Position numbers and translations under genes: made by a program | Sequence record: NC_047713.1 | Length of the DNA: 64,000 nt | Strand: one strand, 5' to 3' | The notes under the pieces: model-generated | Databases searched by the model: none | What the model was told of the DNA's origin: nothing | The model's input: the letters and a program-made list of their open reading frames with translations, nothing else | Part shown: positions 39,026 to 47,929 of the stretch, in pieces | Layout: every line of letters starts with the position of its first letter | Numbering within the stretch: position 1 is the first letter of the stretch

Positions 39026-39173
39026 TTTTTCCATATTCTGGCAGGCTCACCCCTCCTACCACACCCAAAACACCCCCGATATGGTTTTTTACGAGTTTGG
39101 GTCTAGTGCCTGACTGGGTTCTCAGGGGCATCAAACCCCCATATCACCCTGATACCACCCCCCTACACAAAAC
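39026..39173. repeat. 148-bp non-coding repeat, copy A
   Basis: Gapless block-wise match to 48295-48442. Confidence 0.85.
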
Positions 39174-39183
39174 CACAAACCAT

Positions 39184-39290
39184 TGTGCCAGTTGGACTAG
39201 TGGCACAACCCCCCTAGGCAAGACCCCCCCCTATCGTGTATTGTATAGAAGTGGAGGGGAAACCCACCACACAAACCACTAACTAACCAA
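39184..39290 (+). promoter_or_regulatory. Early element copy 11 (long-leader class)
   Basis: tgtgccagt-tggact-agtggcaca; TAGGCA. Confidence 0.78.
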
Positions 39291-39473
39291 ATGAACCGCA
39301 TCCAACTCAACAAAGAACTCACACAACTTCGCGAAGAACGTGAAAAAGCACAACGTGAAGTTGATAACATCCAAGGATGTATGAATGAGTTAATGAGGAA
39401 GCGAAATGAGTTGGATATGGAACAGGAAGAACGTTCCGGTCAGATGTTATTTGACCAAATGTTTGGAGGTTGA
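39291..39473 (+). CDS. Small coiled-coil protein
   Basis: 60 aa, E/Q/R-rich heptads. Confidence 0.65.
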   Translation: MNRIQLNKELTQLREEREKAQREVDNIQGCMNELMRKRNELDMEQEERSGQMLFDQMFGG

Positions 39474-39502
39474 GTTAGTAACACAAACTATTCACTAAAA
39501 CA

Positions 39503-39748
39503 ATGAACACAACAACAATCAACATTCTCAAATCACTGGACATTCTTTCCACTTTGATTCAAGCATTCTATGAGATTGGATATGAACTTGGCACCTTCTA
39601 TCGCAACCATCTTCATTCACATGTAAAGTTTGCTATTGAATACTCTGGTCTTGTTATTCGTGAGACCTATGGTAACCGTCAAGAGTATTTCACAAAACTG
39701 AATAACCTTCGCAACCAAGCTGGTTCATACTTTGTCTATAGCGTGTGA
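39503..39748 (+). CDS. Hypothetical early protein
   Basis: 81 aa; TGA stop supplied by the next palindrome. Confidence 0.65.
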   Translation: MNTTTINILKSLDILSTLIQAFYEIGYELGTFYRNHLHSHVKFAIEYSGLVIRETYGNRQEYFTKLNNLRNQAGSYFVYSV

Positions 39749-39828
39749 CAGTTGAGGAAGTGGCACAAGCCCCCTAGGCAAACCCCTCAGGGGGTGCTAT
39801 ACTATATTCATACCAAAGGGAACCACCC
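39744..39828 (+). promoter_or_regulatory. Early element copy 12
   Basis: tgtgacagt-tgagga-agtggcaca; TAGGCA; TGC-TATACT. Confidence 0.9.
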
Positions 39829-40071
39829 ATGACTCACCTTTCTTTCACTCAAACCACACAAAACGCACTCCGTGAGTTGGATCGTTTAGAGGGAATAAAA
39901 GTTAGACTCGCTGGTCTGATTGTTGATCTTAAAGAGACACCATCAGCTAACTCTGAGACTTGGGTCAGGATGTATACTGACCGCCTCGTTTCTAATGTTA
40001 TCCCAGCCATCAAGGAAGTTAAAGAATATCTCACTAGTCAGGATGCACTAGTTACCAAAGCATCCAACTGA
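39829..40071 (+). CDS. Hypothetical early protein
   Basis: 80-aa single-gene cassette. Confidence 0.7.
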   Translation: MTHLSFTQTTQNALRELDRLEGIKVRLAGLIVDLKETPSANSETWVRMYTDRLVSNVIPAIKEVKEYLTSQDALVTKASN

Positions 40072-40148
40072 CAAACTGGCACAAGGGGGGTTGGCAAGAC
40101 CCCTCAAAACCCCTATACTAAACACATACCAAACAAAGGGAACAACCC
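40060..40148 (+). promoter_or_regulatory. Early element copy 13 (right arm only)
   Basis: actggcaca; GGGGGG-TTGGCA; TATACT. Confidence 0.8.
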
Positions 40149-40400
40149 ATGGCTCAACAAATCAAAATGAGAACACGAGTTTATTCTGATGTGACAGTAA
40201 GAGATCCACAGAGATATTATGATAGTGTGTTTCAGGGTTATAATGAGTATTGGACACTATTAGAATCAGATGATCCAAAGTGTATCTTAGTTGAGACTAC
40301 AGCACAATATGATCTAAACCCAGGGGGTTTGGATAACTTATATGATATGATTACACCTGAAATGTATCAGTCAACATACAGAACCTATATTGAAGTCTAA
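40149..40400 (+). CDS. Hypothetical early protein
   Basis: 83-aa single-gene cassette. Confidence 0.7.
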   Translation: MAQQIKMRTRVYSDVTVRDPQRYYDSVFQGYNEYWTLLESDDPKCILVETTAQYDLNPGGLDNLYDMITPEMYQSTYRTYIEV

Positions 40401-40402
40401 GA

Positions 40403-40485
40403 TGTGACAGTTGGGGAAGTGGCACACGCTTCCCCACAAACCACTCCATACCTGCTATACTAAACACATACCAAAGGAAACCAAC
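40403..40485 (+). promoter_or_regulatory. Early element copy 14
   Basis: tgtgacagt-tgggga-agtggcaca; GGGGAAGTG/CGCTTCCCC hairpin; TGC-TATACT. Confidence 0.88.
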
Positions 40486-40683
40486 ATGGTTATCGACACT
40501 GAAAACTATTTCACCACTGACAACGATCTTCTTCAGACAGTATCACAATTCATTCTCTCACTGAATAATAAATTGATCAGTCAGAATGCGAACTTTATGG
40601 AGTCTATTGGCGTTGATACTTTGACTGACTTCAACCAACAACTCATCCTTGAATGTGAAGAATACAAGTGTTATGATGTATAA
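40486..40683 (+). CDS. Hypothetical early protein
   Basis: ATG 40486 after AAGGA; the track start lies inside the element. Confidence 0.65.
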   Translation: MVIDTENYFTTDNDLLQTVSQFILSLNNKLISQNANFMESIGVDTLTDFNQQLILECEEYKCYDV

Positions 40684-40820
40684 TGAGATTACTTATTCTC
40701 TTCTTGTTTGTTACTGGGTTTCTAGTCCTTAGATTCGGAGTTGTCCCCCATGACAACTACGTATTCGATTGTGATAATATCCCACAAACAACAATCAACA
40801 CCATCGCCTGTGGTGGTTAA
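40683..40820 (+). CDS. Small membrane peptide (45 aa)
   Basis: MRLLILFLFVTGFLVLRFGVV..., TAATG-coupled. Confidence 0.5.
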   Translation: MRLLILFLFVTGFLVLRFGVVPHDNYVFDCDNIPQTTINTIACGG

Positions 40821-40843
40821 CACTCAACCTCAACTATTTCACC

Positions 40844-41353
40844 ATGACTGATACCAACAAGGCTCAAACAATTGAAGAGCTGAAAGCTGAAGTTTCTGAA
40901 CTGAAGGCAGCTAGGAAGGAAGAACTTCTGGCACAGGCAGAACAACGAAAGCAAGATGAGGAACTTCGTTCACTCGAACTTCAGAAACAAGCTCTAGAAA
41001 GTGGTTCCCTCCCCTCCCCCACAGGCACACCTCAGTCACTACAACGTAGGATGACTGATATTGAAAACGCACGAGTTCGCACCTGGGCATATGCACTAGG
41101 AGCCTATTTCACTGGTCCTATCATGCCAGCTGTGGTGGCTAATCGTACTAAGAACTGGACACCTTTCTGGGCTGGATTGGGTCTTGGCATTGTATCTCTC
41201 CCCCTAGCATTTGCTGACCTTGGTATCATCTCCTCTGTCCCTGCAGCTGCTTTAGGAACTGTACTTCAGGCTCAGAAATCTAACAAGAAGCGTGAGGAGT
41301 TGGGTATTGTTTCCCCTGAGGAAGCTGACCTTCTCCGTTTCAAACAGTTCTGA
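40844..41353 (+). CDS. Coiled-coil plus membrane protein
   Basis: N-terminal E/K/Q coiled coil; hydrophobic C-terminal helices. Confidence 0.7.
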   Translation: MTDTNKAQTIEELKAEVSELKAARKEELLAQAEQRKQDEELRSLELQKQALESGSLPSPTGTPQSLQRRMTDIENARVRTWAYALGAYFTGPIMPAVVANRTKNWTPFWAGLGLGIVSLPLAFADLGIISSVPAAALGTVLQAQKSNKKREELGIVSPEEADLLRFKQF

Positions 41354-41450
41354 TTAAGTTACATCTCTGACCTCCTCAGTTTATACTGACGACTAAACCA
41401 ACTGAGAGCGCTGGTCCCCTCTCACAACTCACCTTATCTAACTATCTACT

Positions 41451-41987
41451 ATGGCTATTTTCTCCGAAGAGTTCACCAACAGCATCAAGTCTAAAGTTGA
41501 TTCAGTGAAGGATAAATTCACAGGTATCAACATCGGGAAACAGAGTGTTGTTGCTATTGTGGGAGGTACGTTGGTATTCTCTACCCTCGCAGTTGGTGCA
41601 GTTGGTGCTACAGTTCGTCAGGTTGTTGGTTCTAACATGGCAAAACAATGTAATGTGGCTGTTGGTAACTATGTGGAGTTGGCTGAAGTTCAGGAAACCG
41701 AACTAGTGAGGGCTAATGGATATATTCAATCGGTTCTAGAAAACCCTTGGAGCGCCCTAGTCCTTGGTGCTAGGATGTCTGAGATGGCAGACGAGATGAG
41801 TGCTCGTTGGGATGAGATTGGTGAAGCTGATGATAACTATTTGGAGGCATGTGTTCCTGATAGTGACTTCAAACAATGGGTGTTTGGTGGATATGTTGAA
41901 GCCGATCGTGAAGCTAAGTGGGAAGCAGAATCTACCCTAGAAGATACTCGCCAAATCACAATCAAACTCTCTGAACAACTCGGATGA
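41451..41987 (+). CDS. Membrane-anchored helical protein
   Basis: TM segment VVAIVGGTLVFSTLAVGAVGA; acidic helical body. Confidence 0.7.
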   Translation: MAIFSEEFTNSIKSKVDSVKDKFTGINIGKQSVVAIVGGTLVFSTLAVGAVGATVRQVVGSNMAKQCNVAVGNYVELAEVQETELVRANGYIQSVLENPWSALVLGARMSEMADEMSARWDEIGEADDNYLEACVPDSDFKQWVFGGYVEADREAKWEAESTLEDTRQITIKLSEQLG

Positions 41988-42235
41988 ACAACCCTTTCGC
42001 CTCACTAACTACCGAAGAGTTTATCTCTCTATCTGATGCATGTGCTCTCTCTGAACAAATGTGGAGGGAGCGCTCCCGTTCTATAAAAGCAGGGGAGCCA
42101 CGTTGGTTTTTAGATGGCGAACCTATGTTCACTGAGGAGGAATGTCGCTCAGAAATGAAACGATATCGTGAGTTACAGAAACGAGTTTCCTGGTTCACCC
42201 TCACACCAGAGGAGAGGGAGGGTGTGCCAGTCTAA
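41984..42235 (+). CDS. Hypothetical protein
   Basis: ATGA-coupled; ends V-P-V in the next palindrome. Confidence 0.65.
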   Translation: MNNPFASLTTEEFISLSDACALSEQMWRERSRSIKAGEPRWFLDGEPMFTEEECRSEMKRYRELQKRVSWFTLTPEEREGVPV

Positions 42236-42304
42236 GAAGTGGCACAACCCCCCTAGACAAACCCCTCTTTTTCTGCTATACTATTCACATACAGACAAAA
42301 CACT
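42223..42304 (+). promoter_or_regulatory. Early element copy 15
   Basis: tgtgccagt-ctaaga-agtggcaca; TAGACA; TGC-TATACT. Confidence 0.88.
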
Positions 42305-43210
42305 ATGGCTAAGAATCTCCACCTAGAACACCCAGAAGACCAGCTCCTCACTGGTGACGATAGTGTCATCAGTTGGTTCTACGCAACCTCTAGTTCCTCT
42401 GTGAAGATGGATGGAGCTCCTGCTATTGTATGGGGAACTAACCCAGAAAATGGTGAGTTCTTTGTGGGAACTAAGTCAGTGTTTAATAAGAAGAAGATCA
42501 AGATATGTTATACCCAGAAAGATATTACAACCTTATATGGTCATCAACCTAATGTGGTTGCTATCCTTACCGCCTGTTTGGCATACCTCCCCCGCACTGA
42601 TGTAGTGTATCAGGGTGACTTTATTGGGTTTGGTGGTGATGATACCTATACCCCCAATACCGTCACCTATGTGTTCCCTGAGGTCATTCAGGAACGTGTT
42701 ATCATGGCACCCCACACTTTCTATGTGGGTGAGAAGATGACTGAGATGGATGCCTTCCCTATCTTATCCACTCTAGATGAATCACGTCACGTTCACTTTG
42801 TTCAACCTACCGTGGATATCTACAACAATAAGGCAAACTGGGAAGAGTTTCAGCGTTGTTATGATGAAGTGAAAGAGGTAGATGGTTTCCTAGGTATCAA
42901 GAGAGCCGCAGAGGCAAAGATCATCATCAACCAGTTACTCCGTAACAACAAGTATCTTAGTATTCCACTATTGACTGAGATCTTTGGTACTAAAGAGATG
43001 GCTATTCTGTACACCTTCGCACTACATGAGAAGTTCAGAATCCTTGAGGATGCTATCTACTACGATGGTCCCCAGTGTTTGTTAGATGGTGATGATGTAG
43101 AGGCTGAGGGTATTGTTAGAACCAACCAGTTTGGTTCTATGAAACTCGTCAATCGTTACATCTTCAGTGTAGCAAACTTCAACAACAGTAAGTTCAGAGA
43201 GGTGAAGTAA
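42305..43210 (+). CDS. Conserved phage protein with KxDG (ligase/nucleotidyltransferase motif I-like)
   Basis: MAKNLHLEHPED; SVKMDGAPAIVWG; YQGDF; EGIV; MKLVNR. Confidence 0.6.
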   Translation: MAKNLHLEHPEDQLLTGDDSVISWFYATSSSSVKMDGAPAIVWGTNPENGEFFVGTKSVFNKKKIKICYTQKDITTLYGHQPNVVAILTACLAYLPRTDVVYQGDFIGFGGDDTYTPNTVTYVFPEVIQERVIMAPHTFYVGEKMTEMDAFPILSTLDESRHVHFVQPTVDIYNNKANWEEFQRCYDEVKEVDGFLGIKRAAEAKIIINQLLRNNKYLSIPLLTEIFGTKEMAILYTFALHEKFRILEDAIYYDGPQCLLDGDDVEAEGIVRTNQFGSMKLVNRYIFSVANFNNSKFREVK

Positions 43211-43404
43211 TGGTTGACTTCGATACTCTAACCCACGAAGAACTAGAGAGACTATCTGATGACTGTGAGGACTTTCTTCTCCATAGAAATATACCTCTAA
43301 GGTCACATTCCTATGAGAATATCATCAGACATGCTATCTTGGAAGGATACCAACTATCTCGGTATCCTGGTGTGACACCTGGGAAACTGGCACAAGACCC
43401 CTAG
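43210..43404 (+). CDS. Hypothetical protein
   Basis: TAATG-coupled; reads through the next palindrome. Confidence 0.6.
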   Translation: MVDFDTLTHEELERLSDDCEDFLLHRNIPLRSHSYENIIRHAILEGYQLSRYPGVTPGKLAQDP

Positions 43405-43454
43405 ACAAACCAGACCACACCTGCTATACTATATTCATACCAAACAAACAACCC
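43371..43454 (+). promoter_or_regulatory. Early element copy 16
   Basis: tgtgacacc-tgggaa-actggcaca; TAGACA; TGC-TATACT. Confidence 0.85.
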
Positions 43455-43712
43455 ATGCAACTCACAGCACAACACGCAAACATCGTTGTTGATTTCTACC
43501 CTGTCAAGTACTCTGATGGCACTATCAGTGAGCGTCTAATGTATAAAACAGTGAAGTTCGTTGGTTCACCTGCATCTAAGTCATATATCAACAAAGAATC
43601 CTTTGAAAAGGAAGTTGATTCTCGTGTGTATGGTTTTGGTTATGAGGTAACTGATCTACATACAGAGCCACAACTCTTCAACTCTGCACTTGTTCAAACT
43701 CGCTGGTCATAA
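43455..43712 (+). CDS. Hypothetical early protein
   Basis: 85 aa after the element leader. Confidence 0.7.
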   Translation: MQLTAQHANIVVDFYPVKYSDGTISERLMYKTVKFVGSPASKSYINKESFEKEVDSRVYGFGYEVTDLHTEPQLFNSALVQTRWS

Positions 43713-43714
43713 GT

Positions 43715-43906
43715 ATGAATTACACACAACGGTTGTATGAGGCTGAACAACTCTCCACTATGTGTTACCTTTGTAATATTGACCTAACGGAATGTATTAC
43801 AGAGGTTTCTGATTACCTAGAGTTGGGTTATAATGACAGTAAAGATATTGCCTCAGGTACCTATAAAGTTCTCTCAACAATGAATCCCCATGAGCCTATC
43901 AAATGA
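43715..43906 (+). CDS. Hypothetical protein
   Basis: 63-aa ORF. Confidence 0.55.
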   Translation: MNYTQRLYEAEQLSTMCYLCNIDLTECITEVSDYLELGYNDSKDIASGTYKVLSTMNPHEPIK

Positions 43907-44249
43907 ATCAATGAGCAAGCTTGTCGATAACATTGCCTCTGATGTTTTCCATCTTATTGCTTCTGACCCATACTATACTGAGACCTTTATGAATCTATTA
44001 CCCGGTGCAATCACTGAGGTTATTGGTGATACTTCCCCTGAACTTATTGGTGAGTTGGGTGGTAGAATCATGGACAGAGTTGGGGTTGATGGATGTGATG
44101 TCAATTCCGATAAAGTATGGGAGGAGAGATATAGATCTCTGTTTCGTTATGTCAAAAACACATACGCATCAGAGTATGTTGATGGGGCAGAATATGGTCA
44201 GATGGGTACAATGTATGGAGATTTTACTAGTACCTCGGAGTTAGACTGA
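43890..44249 (+). CDS. Hypothetical protein (probable paralog of 46647-46871)
   Basis: LSNESMSKLVD...ASD...E..M.L pattern shared. Confidence 0.65.
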   Translation: MSLSNESMSKLVDNIASDVFHLIASDPYYTETFMNLLPGAITEVIGDTSPELIGELGGRIMDRVGVDGCDVNSDKVWEERYRSLFRYVKNTYASEYVDGAEYGQMGTMYGDFTSTSELD

Positions 44250-44452
44250 TGCCATCATTTACACCCTATGGTAGATACCAACTAACATCAGTTCAGGTAG
44301 ATTTGATCCTACACTGCATGAGTGAGTATAAAGGACTCACCACACAGGAAGATAACGAGAGGAGAAAGATTGTAGAAGAACTTAGCAACTCTTTTACTGA
44401 TACTGACCCATCAGATCCTTACCTAGATCATTACTATACTTGTGACTATTGA
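44249..44452 (+). CDS. Hypothetical protein
   Basis: TGATG-coupled 67-aa ORF. Confidence 0.55.
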   Translation: MPSFTPYGRYQLTSVQVDLILHCMSEYKGLTTQEDNERRKIVEELSNSFTDTDPSDPYLDHYYTCDY

Positions 44453-44826
44453 TGAATGAACTCTTTCCTTTTCCTGGTTTCCAGTATAGATTAGACTATA
44501 CAGATAACGGAACCCCAAAGCTATGTTGGTTTGAATGTGAGGATCATTTAGCCAAACATATATCTAGATACAAACTAACAAAGAAAACTCACAGGGCAAA
44601 GATCCAAACCCCCCGCGGGGTAAAGTTGGCGAAAGACCCGCTAGCCACCAAACCAGCCAGGAAACGGAAAACTACCCCCTCAAACCCCAGTGATACCAAG
44701 GGTTCTAAAGTATCAAAAACTACAAAATCCATAACGAAGGGCAAGAAGGTAGAAACACCCACCCCCTCCCGTAGGAAAGCGAAGAAATCAGTTTTTAGTA
44801 CCGTGGAGGACTTCTTTACCAAATGA
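44449..44826 (+). CDS. Hypothetical protein with basic disordered tail
   Basis: FPFPGFQYRLDY...CWFECEDHL; K/T/P-rich C-terminus. Confidence 0.65.
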   Translation: MMNELFPFPGFQYRLDYTDNGTPKLCWFECEDHLAKHISRYKLTKKTHRAKIQTPRGVKLAKDPLATKPARKRKTTPSNPSDTKGSKVSKTTKSITKGKKVETPTPSRRKAKKSVFSTVEDFFTK

Positions 44827-45014
44827 TTGTACCTAACGAATCAGAATTGCTTCACCTAAAGATACAAGCAGCAATGAGGGAGAATGCTTTTCCTCACAAT
44901 CAGTTGATGTATCTGGGTGAGAGAGAAGATCAACACTGGTATCTAATAGCAGGAAAACATGAAGTGCCAGTAACAATGTTAGAAGGATTTGAGAGGATTG
45001 ATGATGAAGAATGA
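44823..45014 (+). CDS. Hypothetical cyanophage protein
   Basis: ATGA-coupled; LMYLGERE..HWYLIAG.HEVPV. Confidence 0.65.
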   Translation: MIVPNESELLHLKIQAAMRENAFPHNQLMYLGEREDQHWYLIAGKHEVPVTMLEGFERIDDEE

Positions 45015-45152
45015 TAAACTAAAGACATATCACCTAAAGGTAAAGTTTATGGATGAACTAACCTATGGTCAGTTTATTACAGCACCCAGTGAAGAGGAAG
45101 CCATGAGACTTTTCATTGAGGAGTATATCTACATCGCATCGGAGAGAGACAC

Positions 45153-45344
45153 ATGAACCACAATAAGGTAGCAGAGGCTCTTCATGAAGAAGTAACTGAT
45201 TATATCTTTAAGAACCATTATCGCCATATCAAATCAGTTTATACTGATGTTGTTGAGGAATACATAGAGAGGGAAGTGGGTCCTCTAACTGAGAAGAACC
45301 ACAAACAACTAGTTAAACAACTCGTTAAATTCTACATCTCCTGA
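45153..45344 (+). CDS. Hypothetical protein
   Basis: 63-aa ORF. Confidence 0.55.
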   Translation: MNHNKVAEALHEEVTDYIFKNHYRHIKSVYTDVVEEYIEREVGPLTEKNHKQLVKQLVKFYIS

Positions 45345-45358
45345 TTGAGCTTTTCGTT

Positions 45359-45568
45359 ATGTCTTCACCATCAGCATTCACACCAGCATTAGGTCTAGAA
45401 GTTGAATACAGGGGCTTTGTGGGTTATATCAAGTTTATAGATGAAGAATATTTAACAGTGTGTGTGAAGAAGAAAGAGCACCAAATGTTTGGTGATGTTT
45501 GTATGGTTGTGTATCCAAGTCAGTGGGAACACATTAAACTAATGGGCGGACCTCACAGAGACCGCTAG
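45359..45568 (+). CDS. Hypothetical SH3-like small protein
   Basis: GLEVEYRGFVGYIKFIDEEYLTVCV beta pattern. Confidence 0.55.
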   Translation: MSSPSAFTPALGLEVEYRGFVGYIKFIDEEYLTVCVKKKEHQMFGDVCMVVYPSQWEHIKLMGGPHRDR

Positions 45569-45652
45569 GACAGTTGGAGAAGTGTCACAAGGGGGGTTCG
45601 CAACCCTCCTTTTCTATGCTATACTATATTCATACCAAAGGGAACCACCCCC
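45566..45652 (+). promoter_or_regulatory. Early element copy 17
   Basis: taggacagt-tggaga-agtgtcaca; TTCGCA; TGC-TATACT. Confidence 0.82.
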
Positions 45653-45799
45653 ATGACTATCAACCTCAAAAGTCTATTCATCACCACTTGTGTGGGTCTC
45701 ACCCTAATACTAGGGAGCTTCGCTTTTACCAGTGATTATGGTACTGAGACCGGGCGTGGCGAACAGACTGAGAGCCCTTACTACGGACCCGCTTTCTAA
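45653..45799 (+). CDS. Small membrane/exported peptide (48 aa)
   Basis: MTINLKSLFITTCVGLTLILGSFAF..., a cassette between two elements. Confidence 0.65.
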   Translation: MTINLKSLFITTCVGLTLILGSFAFTSDYGTETGRGEQTESPYYGPAF

Positions 45800-45867
45800 A
45801 GTGGCACAAGGGGGGTTGGCAAGACCCTCTACACCTGCTATACTAAACACATACCAAACAAGGAACC
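45785..45867 (+). promoter_or_regulatory. Early element copy 18 (right arm only)
   Basis: agtggcaca; GGGGGG-TTGGCA; TGC-TATACT. Confidence 0.8.
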
Positions 45868-46044
45868 ATGTTTAAACTTCAACTCAAATGGCAGAAAGAA
45901 GGTGAGTGGATTGATACAGTATACGCTCCTACAGAATACGCAACAGCTTTCTTTCGTTGGAGACAGTACCAAGAGCTTTGGGGTGATACTCACACCTATC
46001 GCCTCCTCGATGTGACACCTCAGGAAGTGGCACAAGCCTCCTAG
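45868..46044 (+). CDS. Small hypothetical protein (58 aa)
   Basis: MFKLQLKWQKEGEWIDTVY..., a cassette between two elements. Confidence 0.65.
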   Translation: MFKLQLKWQKEGEWIDTVYAPTEYATAFFRWRQYQELWGDTHTYRLLDVTPQEVAQAS

Positions 46045-46093
46045 GCAAACCACCCCACACCTGCTATACTAAACACATACCAAACAAAGAACC
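46011..46093 (+). promoter_or_regulatory. Early element copy 19
   Basis: tgtgacacc-tcagga-agtggcaca; TAGGCA; TGC-TATACT. Confidence 0.87.
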
Positions 46094-46375
46094 ATGAATT
46101 TCAAGTCCTTCCTTCTCTCCTCTCTCATCGTTACCACTGGGCTAGTAGCTTCAGCACCAGGAGCCAAAGCCGCTGAATGTTTCAATGGTGATGGATATCG
46201 GGTTTGTATGGAGAGCTTAGGCATGAATCGTTGGGAAGTATCCTTCGAGAACAACCATGGCTCAGAGTTTATGGAGGTTCAGTGTATTGGCAAGAGTGTG
46301 AGTGATTGGACCTCACGGGGTGATTTGAGTCAGTCTGAAGCACAGTATCTCGCAGAGGAATTCTGTTCCTGGTAA
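46094..46375 (+). CDS. Exported Cys-containing protein
   Basis: MNFKSFLLSSLIVTTGLVASAPGAKA signal peptide; four Cys. Confidence 0.72.
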   Translation: MNFKSFLLSSLIVTTGLVASAPGAKAAECFNGDGYRVCMESLGMNRWEVSFENNHGSEFMEVQCIGKSVSDWTSRGDLSQSEAQYLAEEFCSW

Positions 46376-46408
46376 GATACAACAACTAACCAACTCTACA
46401 CTATTATC

Positions 46409-46567
46409 ATGTTTGTATCCTTCACTGAAATCCAAGACTACATTCGCGAAGACCAATACACATATAGTGAGCGTCAGTTCCGCTCACGCAAATACAACAA
46501 AAACGAACGTCGTTATCAGCGTCGTCAGAAGCAACAACAAAGAGAACGCAACTACGATAGCGTGTGA
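46409..46567 (+). CDS. Small R/Q-rich protein (52 aa)
   Basis: MFVSFTEIQDYIRE...; TGA in the next palindrome. Confidence 0.6.
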   Translation: MFVSFTEIQDYIREDQYTYSERQFRSRKYNKNERRYQRRQKQQQRERNYDSV

Positions 46568-46646
46568 CAGTTGGAGAAGTGGCACACGCTTCTCCACAAA
46601 CCCCTCAGGGGGTGCTATACTATATTCATACCAAAGGGAACCACCC
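46563..46646 (+). promoter_or_regulatory. Early element copy 20
   Basis: tgtgacagt-tggaga-agtggcaca; GGAGAAGTG/CGCTTCTCC hairpin; TGC-TATACT. Confidence 0.9.
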
Positions 46647-46871
46647 ATGACCACCACCACTCCAAACCTCTACAACGAAGCTATCCGTCGTTTGGCTGAC
46701 GGGTTCTCCTCAGAGTTCGCTGAGTTCTGTGCAGGAGACGAGAGGGTTCACGAGATCATGATGGAACTCGCTAGTGAGTTCGTAGAAACCAATATCCCTG
46801 TAGTGAGTGAGGACAGCCAGACTGACGTGGCATCTGAGCTCCTCATGAGTATCACAGTCACCAAGGTGTGA
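46647..46871 (+). CDS. Hypothetical early protein
   Basis: ATG 46647 after the element; the track's longer ORF spans the element and is an artefact. Confidence 0.7.
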   Translation: MTTTTPNLYNEAIRRLADGFSSEFAEFCAGDERVHEIMMELASEFVETNIPVVSEDSQTDVASELLMSITVTKV

Positions 46872-46951
46872 CAGTCTAGGAACTGGCACAAGGGGGGTTG
46901 GCAACACCCCCCAAAACCTCTATACTAAACACATACCAAACAACCCAGACC
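46867..46951 (+). promoter_or_regulatory. Early element copy 21
   Basis: tgtgacagt-ctagga-actggcaca; TTGGCA; TATACT. Confidence 0.88.
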
Positions 46952-47500
46952 ATGAACTTCAAGAAACTCCTCCTTTCCACTCTCGCACTTGGTTCAGTTG
47001 TAGCCCCTTCAGCAAACGCTGGTTATACCTATGAGGGTTATCACTTGATGGATGGTTCTGACTTTCCTGGTTATGAGAGAGTGGCAACCCCAATGATTCA
47101 GGCTCTCAATGAAATGGGTGTTCCTGTTGTTGATGGTGGTAAGAATAACGTAGAAATGTGTATTCCTGAAGAGGAAAAGATGACTCTTGGTTTCTACGTT
47201 CCAGCATCCAATGTGATGGTTATCTGCACCAAGTCTATCCCAGGTTGGCTCCAGATGGAGACACTTACCCACGAAACAGTTCATGTCATCCAAGACGCAA
47301 GAGCTGGTATTGATAACGGAGATTTGGGAGAGGCACCAACCGATCACCTTATCACCCTCGCTAATGAGATGGATCCCGATAAGATGAATATCATCTACAG
47401 CCTCTACGATGAGTCTGATTACGCAGTAGAGATTGAAGCTTTCTACTTTGAAACAGAACCCCAGGCGGTTATGAATGAGATCCAGAAGTGGGCATTCTGA
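46952..47500 (+). CDS. Exported zinc-metallopeptidase-like protein (HEXXH)
   Basis: MNFKKLLLSTLALGSVVAPSANA signal peptide; LTHETVHVIQD; downstream EIEA. Confidence 0.7.
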   Translation: MNFKKLLLSTLALGSVVAPSANAGYTYEGYHLMDGSDFPGYERVATPMIQALNEMGVPVVDGGKNNVEMCIPEEEKMTLGFYVPASNVMVICTKSIPGWLQMETLTHETVHVIQDARAGIDNGDLGEAPTDHLITLANEMDPDKMNIIYSLYDESDYAVEIEAFYFETEPQAVMNEIQKWAF

Positions 47501-47542
47501 TACACTAAGTAACACTCACCAAACACACTAACTAACAACATC

Positions 47543-47929
47543 ATGGGCACACGTTCACGCATCGGTTATCAACTTCCAACTGGCAATATCGTTTCTGTGT
47601 ATCATCATTGGGATTCATATCCTACGTGGTTGGGTAAGAGACTCACCAAAAACTACATCACTGATAAAACCATCACCGAACTGATTGATGGTGGTGATAT
47701 GTCATCTATCGAGAGTAATCGCGACTGGGATCTTAATGAAGTTGCCCCACATGTTCAGTATTATTCACAACGTGGTGACACTGGATGTGAACCCCTCCTT
47801 CACAAAAACCAAAGAGAGTTTATCAAAACCACTGTAGACTGTTGGGGTGAGTATTCCTACTTATACAGGAATGGACGTTGGTTCTGTTATGATGAGAAGG
47901 GTAAGTCTGTTTCACTGAAGAACTTATGA
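47543..47929 (+). CDS. Conserved phage hypothetical protein
   Basis: MGTRSRIG...SVYHHWDSYP..LG..L, a widespread phage family pattern. Confidence 0.75.
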   Translation: MGTRSRIGYQLPTGNIVSVYHHWDSYPTWLGKRLTKNYITDKTITELIDGGDMSSIESNRDWDLNEVAPHVQYYSQRGDTGCEPLLHKNQREFIKTTVDCWGEYSYLYRNGRWFCYDEKGKSVSLKNL

